Source: Tubiluchus corallicola (Eukaryota > Animalia > Priapulida). Taken from it: a stretch of DNA of 64,000 nt. Below the pieces are notes generated by a model. It was not told the DNA's origin. It saw only the letters and a list, made by a program, of their open reading frames with translations, and ran no database searches. The position numbers and the translations under genes are program-made. Each line of letters opens with the position of its first letter. Positions within the stretch are counted from its first letter, which is position 1. The stretch covers positions 186,001-250,000 of the forward strand of contig JAQGDQ010000108.1 of NCBI GenBank assembly GCA_030141605.1. Reading direction: 5' to 3'. Positions 40,416 through 54,718 of this stretch are shown piece by piece.

Positions 40416-43355
40416 ACTGTTGCGCGAAAAAGAACAGAAAGAAGAGAAAATTAAACAAGAGGTTGGAAGATGAGCAGGTGGAGTAAAAGACTGATTGCGT
40501 CTAGCAATTTAGCTTTAAAAATTGTTAAAATGTTATGCATTACAAAATAACTCTGTTCTTATAACAAACAAGTTTACGTCAATGCCATAGAATTGCCGAT
40601 GAATTAGTTATAAGAAAATAAATTTACTTTAGTTACAATTTCTGCTAGCAGCTTCCTGGAAGAAAATTTAGATTGATATTTGAAATCCTCTCCAATCGGT
40701 AAGATTTGAAGATCAGACACAAGTAAATTCAAATCTCAGTCTTAGCACCCCTCAAGACCACATCGCCTGTAAAAGGGTTCAGTTGATGTGTAATGTCCTG
40801 AAGATCTTGCAGATCGATGAGACACAGAGATGGAGAGCCTGATGATAAAGCGATAAGGATAAATTCACTTTGGCTGTGTATTCGCTTGTTTCTAGACGAC
40901 GTGAAGTGATTCAGTCGGTAAATTTTGCACAAGTGGATCGCGGATGAATGCAATTTTTACCCGATCGACCATCTTGTCAGGAGAGAGACGATTATTTTAT
41001 GGATTGCTGCAGATTGTTGAAGTTCTCTCTGATTTGCTTTATGAATTTGCGTACGCATGACTCATGAAGACCTTATTTAATTGCTTTGCTATTTTGTGAA
41101 ATACCATTACGCACGTGAATAAACGCAATCTCGTCAAGATATTTGCCTTTTCTTTCACTGCGTATCTTTTTTCATTTGTCTACTACTTTCCTTCCATCCT
41201 TCCTTGCTCCTTTTCTCCTCTCTGCTATTTTTCAGTTACAATTTCAGGATGCAAAGTTTAGATTGTTATTTCAAATTGTTTCAAATGTTTAACCCTTCCC
41301 CTTCCTTCCTTGCTTTTTCCCTACTTTTCTCCTCTTTCCCTTCTGACTTTTGTTACTTTGTATTTTTTTATTTATTCACTATTTGTGTTCGTATATTACG
41401 TTAGTTAACGATTGTTTGATTCTAATTCCTGCTCGAATATTTTCTGAAAGGCTCCGAAACTCATAATCTCGCAAAACATTTTAAAAAACAGTTTTTGAAC
41501 TTATTTGCAGTTAACCAGTTGCTACATAGATGGTGTCATGTCTCCCCAAAGCAGTATGTGGTGGCTTCAACGACCCGGACAACTGACGGGCAGGTTTCAC
41601 GGTCGAAATAACTGCATTTACGGTGACGTGCGCCCGGGATTTACATTTCAATAACACGAAGCCAGGAAAGTTAATGCGTTTTCGCCTTGCATTACACAAT
41701 GGGAGGATACGCATCTAGTAGAAGATCTACTGATAGCGGCCGTACCAACCCTTTCAACTTAACGCATGATCTGCCCTTGCATCGCAAAGATTCAGCTGCA
41801 TAAACCCATTACTAAAATCTGCTAAACTATTTTCTTAACAGCAAGAGAGACTGCAGATTTATCCTGCCACGCTTTATAACATAAAGTAGTTTCTATCATA
41901 GATCTGCCCATCCATATTCTATTCCTAACTGTTCCCTATGCTCCATTCTAGGACATTATCCGACTTGCTATCATTTAAAGCACCCAATCCCTTGGCGTTT
42001 CGCGCAGCAATTTAAGTTAGCTAAAAATTTTACCCGTCAATTCGAACTTTGGGCGCTCTGTGAACGTAGGCTATAATCCAACGTGAACAATAATAAAACA
42101 TTTGTCATTCATGGGTGCCGTTTACATGCTGTCCTTTAAAAACTGAAAAACTATTGGTTGTGAAAAAACTGTCGGAGAAGATTCAAGCTAAAGAAAAAAA
42201 TCTCCGCCAATTCTGTGACCCGGGGTGACGAGTCATGTGTGAACATAAATATCCCAACCTGTGAGTTCGTGGCCCTTTGCGTTAGCGAGTTGTTAGTTAA
42301 AGATTTTTATTATGTTCACAACGATATGAACGACGATGTCGACAACAACGACGCGTGACACAACTGACCATTTGGGGCTTCATTCTTGAAATGAGTCCAA
42401 TAAAAATTTAATAAAGATTTTTTAGTGATAAATTTTCTGTAATGCTTCAACTAAATTATCACCATTAAAACTAAAGCGGGAATCACTGTGACTGCATCAT
42501 TGTTCTCCACTTCTCACCAGCTAATACGGCGACGCCTAAAAATTTACTCATTGGTTGGTTTTTTATGGCTTAGATGTGAATTCGGAAAAATTTATGTCTT
42601 CGTTTATTTCAGATTTAAAACGTGATTCGTGTCGCTAGTTTTTGTTCGAGGCTATTTGGCCAATGATTGCGCCTCCATTTTGAAATATCTACAATAGTTT
42701 AGATTACTTGTTAGCTTCACCACATCCATACATGATCATTCTATCAATGTGGTAATTTCAAAGTTGTCTAAATCTGCAGCACAAAAATCATTTCCGTGTG
42801 AACATACATATACAGATGAAGACTATTATTGCTGCCCAGTAGTGCAAAAACATATTTTTCTATTAAATACAAATGAAATAATGAATTTCCGACATGATTA
42901 CGCATTTGCTTAATCGAAAAACTTGAATCATTTGCTGAATGGATAATTTCGTAATAGATAAAATTTGTCCAATTTGAAATGGCATTGTGCGAGATTAGGG
43001 AACCCATTAGAAGAGACGCCACCTGCATTGCTTGCCTAGTGGGGACGCTATTCGCTCTATAAGTAAATGATAGGATATCTATTATGTATTGACTACTGTA
43101 GCGTCTTTGATAAGAGAATTCATTTGTGAGCAATGCTCTGAATTAAGATAGTGTTAAAGATTACATCACTCAATTTTGTCTTGAGATATACAAAATGTCT
43201 AGTTCATCGTGCAAAAAATTATAATTATAAGATTCTGTCAACTTTTAAATAAATTGATGCAAAAATTTATTTCTTTTTTGACGTAATTCAGTTACTGAAG
43301 CACAACATGCTTCTGCAGCTTATAATACCTGCGATAACTGATGCTAGACAAATAA

Positions 43356-43357
<2 letters not shown>

Positions 43358-43394
<37 letters not shown>
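43358..43394. repeat. (AT)n microsatellite
   Basis: Directly visible. A similar tract lies at ~34391-34425. Confidence 0.95.
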
Positions 43395-43397
<3 letters not shown>

Positions 43398-46300
43398 TAA
43401 ATACACTACAATAGCAATTAATAAATGCAAATATATATAGCATATTTAGAAACTACTGCCTGGTCTTGACATGCTTAAATTGTGTTTATCTTTGTCTGGT
43501 GGAAAAATAAGTTTTCCTTTGTTTTTATTTTGTTTAGTATTGGTGTATATTCTGAGATTGGATGTAGCTATCTGACAGCCTATACCTCGTACCTTGAATG
43601 TCTTTGACATTTATTCTACTTTCCTGGCGAATATTCATAATTAGCCTTACTCAAATATTTCGAAATCATGTAGTATTGGTGCATAATATTGATCGGTATT
43701 GAATTATGGGTATATTTACTTTTCTGTACCCGGCTGCAAGTGCTTCAGCACAAGGTTTTCACTGTATTTTTAAGATAATACAATCAATTGAAACATTTGC
43801 GTTAAGGGTTTATATAATTCATACAGATTGCCATGTGTAATAATTACTTAATTAATAAAACAACATGTTTCATTTGCCACTCTCAGCTGGACTCATTTTT
43901 TGCCATTCATAAGAAGCCGTGCGCATTCAACTACCTGTGTGAGACGATGTACAGGGCGTGTCCAGTAGAAAAGAGCGAAAACTGCATTACAAAATTAATC
44001 ACTAATTGACACTATCGTCATAGTAAAGGCATATAAAATGTCTTTATACGTTTAGCTGTTTAATTTGTTTGATGAAATGTGTAATCTTCGCGGTTTAGTG
44101 TCGATATGTAATTGTGGATCTGATCCTCAAAAATTAAAACAACAAGCAATCAGCTGGATTAATGTGCCCATGAATGCACACTGTATAACGCCATTGATGA
44201 GGCCTTTGTACTTCACAAAAAACTGCTGCACTAAATAACCTAATTGTTGTTTAGATTTTAATTCATTAAAATGCAGTTTAAAGTGACTAATAGTTACAAT
44301 AATCGTTAAATAATTTTACTAGCTGATTTATTTAAGTGCACGAGCACGCTGCATAAGTAGAAAGAAAGGGGAGAGACACAGGCCGAGAGAAACTGGAAGA
44401 AACACTCAGAGAGACAGGGATCAAGAAAGAAAGGGACGAAAAAATAAAAAGATGAATGGCTGTTGGCTGAATGGATAGGCGGACCGACAGACGAACAAAC
44501 GATTAAGAAAATTACATTACAAGCTCAAAGCTAAAATAATTTGTGCTCCGTTAGTGTTGTCTGACATACGAGAATTCCATAACTAAATGTTTTTATACCC
44601 ATCTTTCTAAATAAAACACTGGTAATATGTTTTACTTGCAGGTGATTGGATGACTACGATGTTAGATTTGCCAGTCAATACCGAAATCCATTTCTGTTTT
44701 ATGTTTAAATTACTTTGTTTAAACACAATAAACGTTTTTTTTAAACCGTCAACAGTTAATTTGAATTTGAAATAGACAATCTTCTGCATTTTCATACCGA
44801 AAAATGAGCGAACATATAATTTAATATTGCCCAACAAGTAGATATAATACTGTAAACAAAGTTTAGATACAATAACTCAACATACACAGACGAAATCAGG
44901 TCGATGAAGAAACCACTATTCTCATCACTAATGAAAAATCTTGATGTGACCTGGAATCCCTACTTCCTTGCCTTTTGTTTGCTGTACGGTTTTCATTGCA
45001 TATCCGACATTATGTAATTACAGAAAATAATAATTATTCGATTTCTTCTAGCGTTGCCGATTGTGCCCAGGGGTGAGGATTACATTCGCTCGCCTCGTAT
45101 CAAATTTGCTTATTGCTCAATAAACTAGACGGAGTCGCTTGCCAAAGTTTCTTAATCTCTTACTAGGCATGTCGTGCCTCACAGGCAGAAAACTCTATTT
45201 GCTGGGATACAATTTTAATAAAAATGACGATGATTATTGTAAAAACAGGAGTTTCTTTTCTGCAATTGCGTAATAACTACCGTAAAGACTCATGGATGCA
45301 GAACAATTGCTGCGGGGCGATTTAGTTAAAAATTTTACATTCTGATATCTACGGAGAACTTCGCCGCAATAATGACTGATAAATCGCTTGATGGTTTTTA
45401 GTAACATAATAGTGATGAATTTACTTGTACAGAATTTTCAGGTCTCTTTTCTTGTAATACGTTGCACAATAACACGCCCTCGGCCCAACGAAAATTATTA
45501 CGAGGTGAGGTCAAATACAGGATGTTAATTATAAGAACCTGAGTGAAAAAATTTAAGGATTAGCAGAAAAAAAACCAATAGCAAAAAGTGAAGAGCTCAC
45601 GAACGTGTGTGAACGTATCATTTTCGTTTTTTATTCCTAAAACAAACTATATTGAGGCATCAATGCACATTTTTCATCAGAATCTTTGTTGTAATTTTCT
45701 AATAAATCAATGGAACATGCAGCATGTGACTCGTTAATTCAAATTTATACAGTAAAAAATGGAGCAAATACAAGGTATATGTAACTACTTAGCAGCGAAT
45801 GAATGAATGAATGAATGTTTATTTCAGAATTTCTTCTACATAACAACTATAATATACAGAATATACAGCACTATATAAACTAAAAATTAACAAAACAGAG
45901 TATAGTACATGCGTAATCACACATAATATCCCAGATTCATTTACATTTACATTACATACAATACAATATCAGCTATCAATTTGTTCTATTTACATAGGTG
46001 TTGTCACGCTGCTGAATAGATTCTACATTTACTATTACTTACACCATTATATTCCAAATATTGCGGCTCTTGGGAAGTCTGTCTTTTAATGAATAAACTC
46101 ATTTCCGACGCGTTTAAAGTACTTTTAAACGCTACATTGTGATACGATATTAAAGACTAGGTTCATTGCATTGTAAGTAAACTTGCACATGCGCTCAAGT
46201 AAGATGGAAATACGTATAACAAGGGAATAACTGTTAATTTGAAACGATTTTCAACAAAAACTTCTGGATAACACACTCCTTCCACAAACTAACTGCGGAT

Positions 46301-49300
46301 GCGAGAAATTGCCAGCCAAATCTATTTCGCAGATGAGCTTTATTCTCCCTCAATTACCAGCCAGTAAATATGCTGAACGTTCCCAAAAAGATGGAAAACG
46401 TTTTCCCGAGTTTCAATTATGCTCTATTTTAGACGCAATTTCAAGCTTGTCAGTTGAACTCAGGCGCAGGCCCGTCAGCGGGTAGAAATACTGTTTAAAA
46501 TACGCAGAATACGCGTTAATAAAAATTTTATTATTGCATCACGTGGCAAAACATTATAAAAACTGTTAAGAAGTACTTCATTTTTCAAATTACTTTCTTA
46601 GTTGTTGCTGTTGCAAGATGCCATTTTGCTTTATTATCTACATAGGCTATACAGATTTTGCAGCTTGACTAAACGCACGGGCCAGGTCATTAAGTTGATG
46701 GTTGTGGTAGGACCGCAACTACGGTGTTTATTAAGTAGAATCTCCTAAGACAAGGATCTAGACCAGCAGCGGCATTTTAGCTACATTTTGGTGCATCTTC
46801 TGTTGACCAGATAAGATAACCCTTATTTAATTTCGTACGTTTTAGTAATTTCGCCTGTTAAAGCAAAACCGAGCCCAGTCTTAAACTGTAGCTCAAAACA
46901 ACCTACTCTTTAAAATATTGAAAGGAAACATACTATTTTTTCCAAAATAACTTACGTGAAATAATTATTAACACGCAAAGACAATTTCACGTTCGCGCCA
47001 CTAGTTCTTCGCATTTCGCCATTCGCTAGTTAGACGGGCACTAGCGCCTGCATTCCGAAAACGCATTGCACAGGAAACAGTTGCTGTACCTCTCAGTTCA
47101 CATGTGTTAGTTTGTGATGAACTACACACGTTCTACAGCTCATGCGTGAGCACAGCGGTAAATTTGAAATTTGAATTTTTATCTTAAAACTTGTCTAGTT
47201 TTAGTACAACACACTGACTATCTTTTACAGTAATACAGTATCTCAATTTTCGTTTCCGCAAACACGTGTAACATGCTCGTGGAATATTTTTGCTGTTGAA
47301 AATCATGTTAGTTTGTGATGTCAACAACAGTTGGGCTCGCCCGCCGTTAATTAAGTTTTTAATCTATATTTTATTATCAGAAACGTTTTAGTAGTATTAA
47401 TTGTGTTAAAATGTAAACGTTTTATCGGACTTGAAGAAGGGGTTGTATATGAAAAATCATCCTGTCTTCTTTTAAGAATTGCTAAGTATTCTTGAAATTA
47501 GGACTGTTCATTGTGTGAACTGCGTTGGTTTGGTACCCTGAAACCTCGTGAAGCCTTATGGTTAAGTTCGCTTGCTTTGAAATGCGTCACGCGCTAAATA
47601 AATTGGCGCAAACTGATTGAACACGAAGAAAACGGTTCCATCAGCAATCATGTTCGGCTTATTTCCACTTCGCTACACATGTACACAGTATTATATCAAT
47701 TTGTGACAAACGACTGAATAATAGACACAGCTCACTAATTATTACACGCTGCGAGAATGTTCTTCCGATGAAAGGCGACTAATCGAAGGCTATGCTCCTC
47801 GCGATTCATATCAGCACTAGTATATCGTGACTGCGTATTAGTAAACGGAAGATACCCGTGAAAGCGCTGATATAACCTTTGCCTCGCCGCACGAGATGCA
47901 ACAATAGTTTCTTACAAATAGGCAGTGATCATAAATCTGAGTATTAGACCGTCAGACAAAGGATGAGCGAGTGCACATTCAATACGGCGGCCATTACAGG
48001 CAATAGTCGCAATCATTTTATTACAACGTTAACCAAAGCTATTAGCAAATTATCTCCATCAGTTCCAGTAGTCACTGTGGTAGAAATGATTCGAGGGTAA
48101 GCATTTGACTTATGAGTGCAGACTGTAGTGTTTTACCAAAACCACTCGCCACTGTCATTCAATACTTTCGAGGTACTCTGTGCCACAAAAGAGAGGCATG
48201 GCAAATATAATTTGTCATTGTCGTAGTATAAAATATTGGCGGGGCACAGAACTTCATTTCTAAATTGAAATAACTAGCGCAGACATCCAAGCTTGAAGAC
48301 ATATGTTAACGTTACATTATAATCCAGTAACCAAAGTGTCACTCCGGTTGTCCAGCTGAAACGCATTCATATTGTAAATAACGTGTTAGGAAGCTACGGC
48401 AATTAGATTTTTTTCTTTTCTATTTCATTTTTTTCTTTTTACACACATATTTTTATTTAAATTTTGCACTTGTGAAAAGTTTGGTGTTGCCGCCGGACCA
48501 GTTGCATGTACCATTACAGGAAATTCCAGACGTGTATGAACATACCCTTAGAGAATACTGACAAAAATAATGTACATAGAAATTGTTGTTTTGCTTGCCT
48601 ATTTCTCACATCGACCCAATTAGCAACATGTTTTAAAGACGACCTTTAAGTTGTCAAAATAACTAAAACTTAATTGTAATTTTTTATTCAGTTGGGAACG
48701 CTGCAAACAATAATCTAGCATTCAACGGCAGCCGACGTCGCTACTAATATCAAATGGTCGTGGCGGTACCAAACTGAGACGCTTGGAAAGAGCTGTTTTA
48801 GCCACGTTCGGATCGTGCCCCATTTAAATGGTAGGTAAAGCAGCTCAGAAGCAGTTTCATTAGCTTCTTATCAACTTACTAAACAGGCTCTACTATAATT
48901 AACTTTCATAACTAGACACACCGTGAGCACTCGGCTACATCCACCCATTGCACAAATATAAAAAATATTCTAAGCATTGTTATAACAAGTTTAAATTTTT
49001 TTGTACGCCATACCAAGTTAGGAATGTCCACCATACCGTTTTTTGTAATTTTACACATATTATGATCACAAGTGATAAACAATACGATACAGTTAGAAAT
49101 TGTTATTGTTATCTTAGGCATTTTCGTTGAGCTGTTTCACATTTAGTGACCCATTGCTAGAACTGCCACATTGTGCACAACTCCACTTCATAGCTGTTAC
49201 ACAACAAAGGCCGTACATAATCTCCCCATTAATATTTCGCCTTGCAAGACTACTTAATCAACCAACGAATATTGAATAACTGCGGATAAGAAGATGTTAT

Positions 49301-49636
49301 TTAGTCGGTCTATTGTTAGCTCGCAGAAGAAGATGCAGGAGACATGGTGATGCTGTCATGTAATAATGCCACTAATTGCGATGATTTACTGCACGTGGCG
49401 TTGATACACTGATAATAGATGGACTTTTCTCTTCAGAAGAACGACTTTGTTTCGTAGAGCGATTAACTTATTTTGAAACATAAACAAATTATGCGTTGCA
49501 AATCCGTACAGAATCTGGTAATAATCTGTTGTTAGTGTAGTTGACGATGCATTATAATTGTAAAAACAACTGTCAAAACGTATGACATTCAGTTAAGCTA
49601 AGAACGTGATTTAACGTGTAATTTTCTTATGCGATT

Positions 49637-49790
49637 AAAGTTTTGCTAAATGAGTTTGAGTTACAGATATATATATATTTGTGTGTGTATATATATATAT
49701 TATATTCATATAAGCATATATTCATTTAGCATAACTTTATATATATACATATATATATATATGTAACTCAAACTCATTTAGCATAACTTT
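49637..49790. repeat. Local inverted duplication flanking an (AT)n tract
   Basis: TGCTAAATGAGTTTGAGTTACA 49644-49665 is the exact reverse complement of 49762-49783, and the match extends to 49637/49790 with one mismatch. A partial third copy lies at 49722-49738. Confidence 0.9.
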
Positions 49791-49855
49791 ATATATATAT
49801 ATATGTGTGTGTGTGCAATATATATAATTATATATAATATATATTTATACAATAT

Positions 49856-49893
<38 letters not shown>

Positions 49894-51539
49894 ACGGTAC
49901 ATACACATACACGCACGCACGCACACACACAAACTTCCCTCTAGCTTGTTACTATCATCCTGTATAAAATGGAATACTAGCCCATTTTGTAGGACTTGCG
50001 TAAGTACTGAATTACTGCTAAAACATGTTTTGCCTGTAACATATTCCGAAGTTCTGCTTCAAAATACGTTTTTTATTACGAACAATAACTCACAAATCGA
50101 TTTTGAAGACGCTGGACACACATTCTTAACAAACGCTGAAACTGTTGCCTAATAGGAAGCTGCATTGTATGTGGCGTATATTTTAATCCTAATATGTTTA
50201 TGCACAAACAATCCAAGTAGTGCCAACCTCTTACCAAGTTCTTACTATTTAAATGAGAAAGGCCTGCCTCGCGTTAGCAATGTTATTTTATGTAGATATT
50301 ATAAAGGGGTCACCACAGTCTGTCCCTGACATTGTATTTTTATATATTGTGCGTTGTACTCTCAGATCAGTTTCACTCATGTCTTTGCTGAACATTTTCA
50401 TGTGACCAACCTTAAAACGACCATGCTTTGTATTAACAGATGAGATTTACTCAGGCATTCATAAGTTATCGTTTAACCAGCCCATATTCTTTATTTTCGT
50501 CCCATTAATTATTCTACTCTGGTTCCAAAAGATTCTTCTTACTAACTAGGCTGAATTACTTTTCGGTGGCGGGGCGGCCATGTTCTTTCTGTTTTGAGAA
50601 CAAACTAATGCCACCGGGGCTGTTTTCTTTTAATTATTCCTTGCCGTGGTGTATTTTTCACTGGCGGAAAACTTAAAGCTCAGTGATGGGGAACCAAGTA
50701 CGAACCCCAGACCACCTGTCGAGTTAATACACTAATGTTACTGGGCCTGTTAATGTACACGTGATCTTACTACGGCCTATAAATAAAACGAAAGAATCCT
50801 GTTGAAATGTACGCAAAAAAACAATAACGAAAACAAGTTTTCATATAGGATAGGTTGTTCTTTTTAGATGAAAATGGTCCCTGCTGATTTTCAGCGCCAA
50901 AAGTACAAATAAAGGATAATTAAACTGCAGAAATCACTGGTACTGTGCAAGCTACTGGTTTCAAACATTTTACGGTTCAAAGTACTGAACATAAGTATAA
51001 CTTTTAAACGCACGAAACAACAGTCTATTATGAACATTTATTTTACAAAATCTACATAATTTAAACAGCTCTTTTGTTTAATTTTACTCAATTTAAGAAG
51101 ATTAGTTTCTACTGTAAAAATTGTCAATTTGATCACTGTAACAGCAAAACTGCGCTTAATTCTATTTTAAATTTGAGTAACTCATGTATGCAAACGCACT
51201 GAAAAATTTCTGAAGATACCCATAAAAAGGAAAAAGGTTTAGAAAGATTTTCACTGACTGCTATTTATTAACAAGCAACTATGTAAAACGGCCCTATGAT
51301 GTTCAGTAATCAAGTGCGTGAATGAAGCAATGGCTTATGTCAGGCAATCATCGGCGTCAATTCAATCAACAGTTTTTTGAATAAACACTAACGACGGGCG
51401 ATAAAGTTATAGCTAGCATGTTGATGAGGTTGTCAGAGGTAATTAGGGTTTAACACTTGACTCGCATGTAATTTACATTGTTCATATATACATGCAGCCT
51501 TTAACTACAGGCTGGGATTGTGGTAGAGCAGAAGTGTCA

Positions 51540-51950
51540 TTTTAGATTATTTTCTTTTTTCCTTCTCTTTTTTTATGTTCTGTTTTTTCCCTCCCTTCAT
51601 TTTTTTCTCTGTTCCTGCGTTTTTCTTGACTGCGTTACCCTTTTTCTTTTGACGCTTTCTTCCATCCGTCCTTCTTACTTGATTCTTCCTTACTACCGTT
51701 TCTTCCTCCGTCCATCTTTGCTTCATTCATTCACTCCCGTTCCTTTCTTCATTCCCCCTTCCTTTTTCCTTCAGTTTTCGTTTTTTTCTTCTTTTCTCCC
51801 TTCTTTCCTTTCTTCTACTTTCTTTTTTCTTCTTTTTTTCCTTCATTTCTGTCTGCCTTTATTAGTTGTTCGTTCTTCGTCATTCTCGCTCGCTGCTTTT
51901 TTATTCTTTCCCTTTGCTCCTTTTTTTGTTTCTTCACTCTTTCTTTCCTT
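51540..51950. repeat. Pyrimidine-rich low-complexity tract
   Basis: T/C-biased + strand. It explains the F/L/S-rich ORF. Confidence 0.8.
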
Positions 51951-54297
51951 TAATATACATATATATATTATATATATATAAGATAAAAAACACAAAGAAA
52001 GACGAAGGAATAGAGGAGTATTATATATATATAATGTTGTTCATCCCATTTTGTTTGCTCCTAAATGTACATCTCCAAGCCTGTAATCACTATTATCCTT
52101 CGCTGTGGTGAACGCCTTCATTTCTGTCAGGAAGCTGACACGTTCTCAACTCGCCTTACCAATTAGAACAACTCACTTGCTCTAATCATCTAATCAACTT
52201 CTCTGCTGCTGCAGAAACATTTACAAACTAACCAACAGTGTATTACCTGCCTATTAACTTTCCAAGTGCATTACCCATCCATCATTAATAGTCTCGTCAT
52301 CATCGCATCTCTGTGCCATGGTAAGAGATAAATAGGATGAGTCTATTTAATAGATACTGTTGAGCAACACATTATCTATGTGAGTATTTTAAATAAAGAA
52401 ACCATCTAAAAGATGTTTTTTACCTCGCATTATGTTGTAGTTACAGTTGTTACGGGCCATTTGGTATAGCGCTATTAATTTATGATCTTGACTTGTAGCT
52501 GGCAAGAAACTAGAGCGCGGAAATTACATTTGGTAGAAGGAAAGGAACGAGAAAAAAGCAGGAACTTCTAGTCTGTTACTTTGTTCTACAGTCAAGGCTT
52601 GTTTGTCGATTCATTCCTCTGTGGGACTGTATGCTAGATGCAGACTGCATATTAGGTATACAAAATATATGATGCTAGTCGTTTGTTATTAGGATAGGCT
52701 TAGAAATACTAACAAGAAATGCATCAACAAAAAATCAACGTATAAATAAATAAAATAATAAAATAAACAAACAAACAACTGTATAAATAAAAAAAGATAA
52801 ACATTTGTTTGACTACAGTTAAAACAGAGATGGAAAGAAAGATTAACCAAAAACATAAGCTAAGCAAATCATTTTAATTTCTGGAACTACCGTAGATAAA
52901 ACAAAATATCATTTTATGACATAACATATCTTTTACGATAATGATAGATAGAAAAGAGTTTTAAACGGATTACTTACAGCATATTAAAACTCCGCAAGAG
53001 CAAGACCGAGTTGTTTCACTTTTCACAACACTCAGTAATAAATACTCAAGATTTTTTTCTATACTGCTGCTCAATTATTGTACATATATGTTCACAACGA
53101 ATAATTAAAAACACGTACAACGATTTGTGAACAAAACAATATCAATGTAATGTATCATAACCCAATGGCACACAGACGAAATGTTTACTATGAACGTAAT
53201 AATATTCTTAGATTAGGACTACTTCAAGTCAAGCTTTTAATTTGGTACACACATGCATACATAATGTGTTTTGTGTTTCATTACAACAAACATAATTTTC
53301 CAGCATGCACCTATTTTTAAATTTGCAGTAAATCTTAGTTTGTTAATGAGCTGTTGTTCTGAAGACAGTTATTGTATTTTTCAGTTGTTTAGCATATTAG
53401 CACTTGTTTACAATTGTAACTTGTCCAGCAGATTACGTGATGATGAGAGAGGAGGATCAAGCAAAATTTTTATTCTAGTCAACTTTTCATGGCTTTGCTG
53501 TAATACCAGTAGCACTAATGAGAGTTGTTAGAAACTGAACAAGTACAATTAGATTTACTCTTTCCTGTCAGATAACTTGCCAAAATGTCTAGGTATGTAG
53601 ATGCTAATGAGATGCGATTTAAATATGCGACAAATTCTGCACATGTCATGCTCTTTTTGAACGAAGGAGATTATGCGCCCGGATATATGCTGAAAGAAAA
53701 TGAGCATTTGCTAGAGACTGGAAACAGAAAAATTGACAGTTTATTAAAAAACGAAACTGTTAATTGACAGAAAGACATTATAAAACACAAACGACGAAGT
53801 AGCAGAAAATTAAGTGGTTACACAATTAGCTCATTAGATGGTAGCTATAAACTTAGCACTAGAAAATTATGGCTAATGATAAATTTGTTAAAGGAAAAAT
53901 GTGATGCAAATCAGGATATGAAGCTAAAACTTAATACATAAGAGCACTTGCTTTGCCACTTGAGATTTTCATCGATTGTAATGGAGTACTTACCATCAAT
54001 TATTATGTTATCACCAAGCTAATTATCTTATTAATTAAGTAATTATTAAGTCCGTTGATCCCCGTCTATTGGCAAGGTTCCAAGGGATATTGACAGATTG
54101 TGTGTTACAAGCGGAGTGGAGCCACTCAGGTAGCAGAGTAAGTGCACTAGGTCTGAGGTTCGATATACCCAACCTTCACCAGTTTGTATTGTCTTCTACC
54201 TTTAAAAAACTGGCAGTTAAGTTAATTGATAATCATTATAAGATATCAGCCTTATTACTACGTACATGTATCTGTTATTAAAAAGACAGAAATCTGG

Positions 54298-54322
54298 AAG
54301 AAAGAAAGATGAACCAAAGAAA

Positions 54323-54357
<35 letters not shown>

Positions 54358-54447
54358 GAGAAAAATGTATGGAAGAAACACAAAAAAACGAACAGAAAAA
54401 CAGAAGAGAAAAGAAGAGAGTTGATAATTATGATGTTGATATTAGAT

Positions 54448-54489
<42 letters not shown>

Positions 54490-54610
54490 GTAATGACAAT
54501 TTGATAATAACACCGTATGATGATAAAGGTAATGGTGGTGACGATGGCAATGACGGCAGCAATGATGATGACGATGACGATGATCATGATAATAATGATG
54601 ATAATGATGG

Positions 54611-54699
<89 letters not shown>

Positions 54700-54718
54700 G
54701 TTACGATGATAATGATAG
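54298..54718. repeat. (GAAA)n followed by compound (GAT)n microsatellite
   Basis: (GAAA)n at ~54323-54357 and (GAT)n at ~54447-54718. Confidence 0.95.

Noticed and set aside
41734-41780. Resemblance to the 5' end of 5S rRNA (GCGGCCGTACCAACCCT)
   Set aside because: The match is short and does not continue into the internal control region.
53576-53767. 60-aa ORF preceded by an acceptor-like TTTTCCTGTCAG
   Set aside because: No recognisable homology or partner exon; it needs RNA-seq or blastx support.
54105-54180. tRNA-SINE-like head (GGTTCGATAT B-box-like); a similar minus-strand motif lies at ~50690-50745
   Set aside because: The A box and cloverleaf are not convincing, so it is too degenerate to call.
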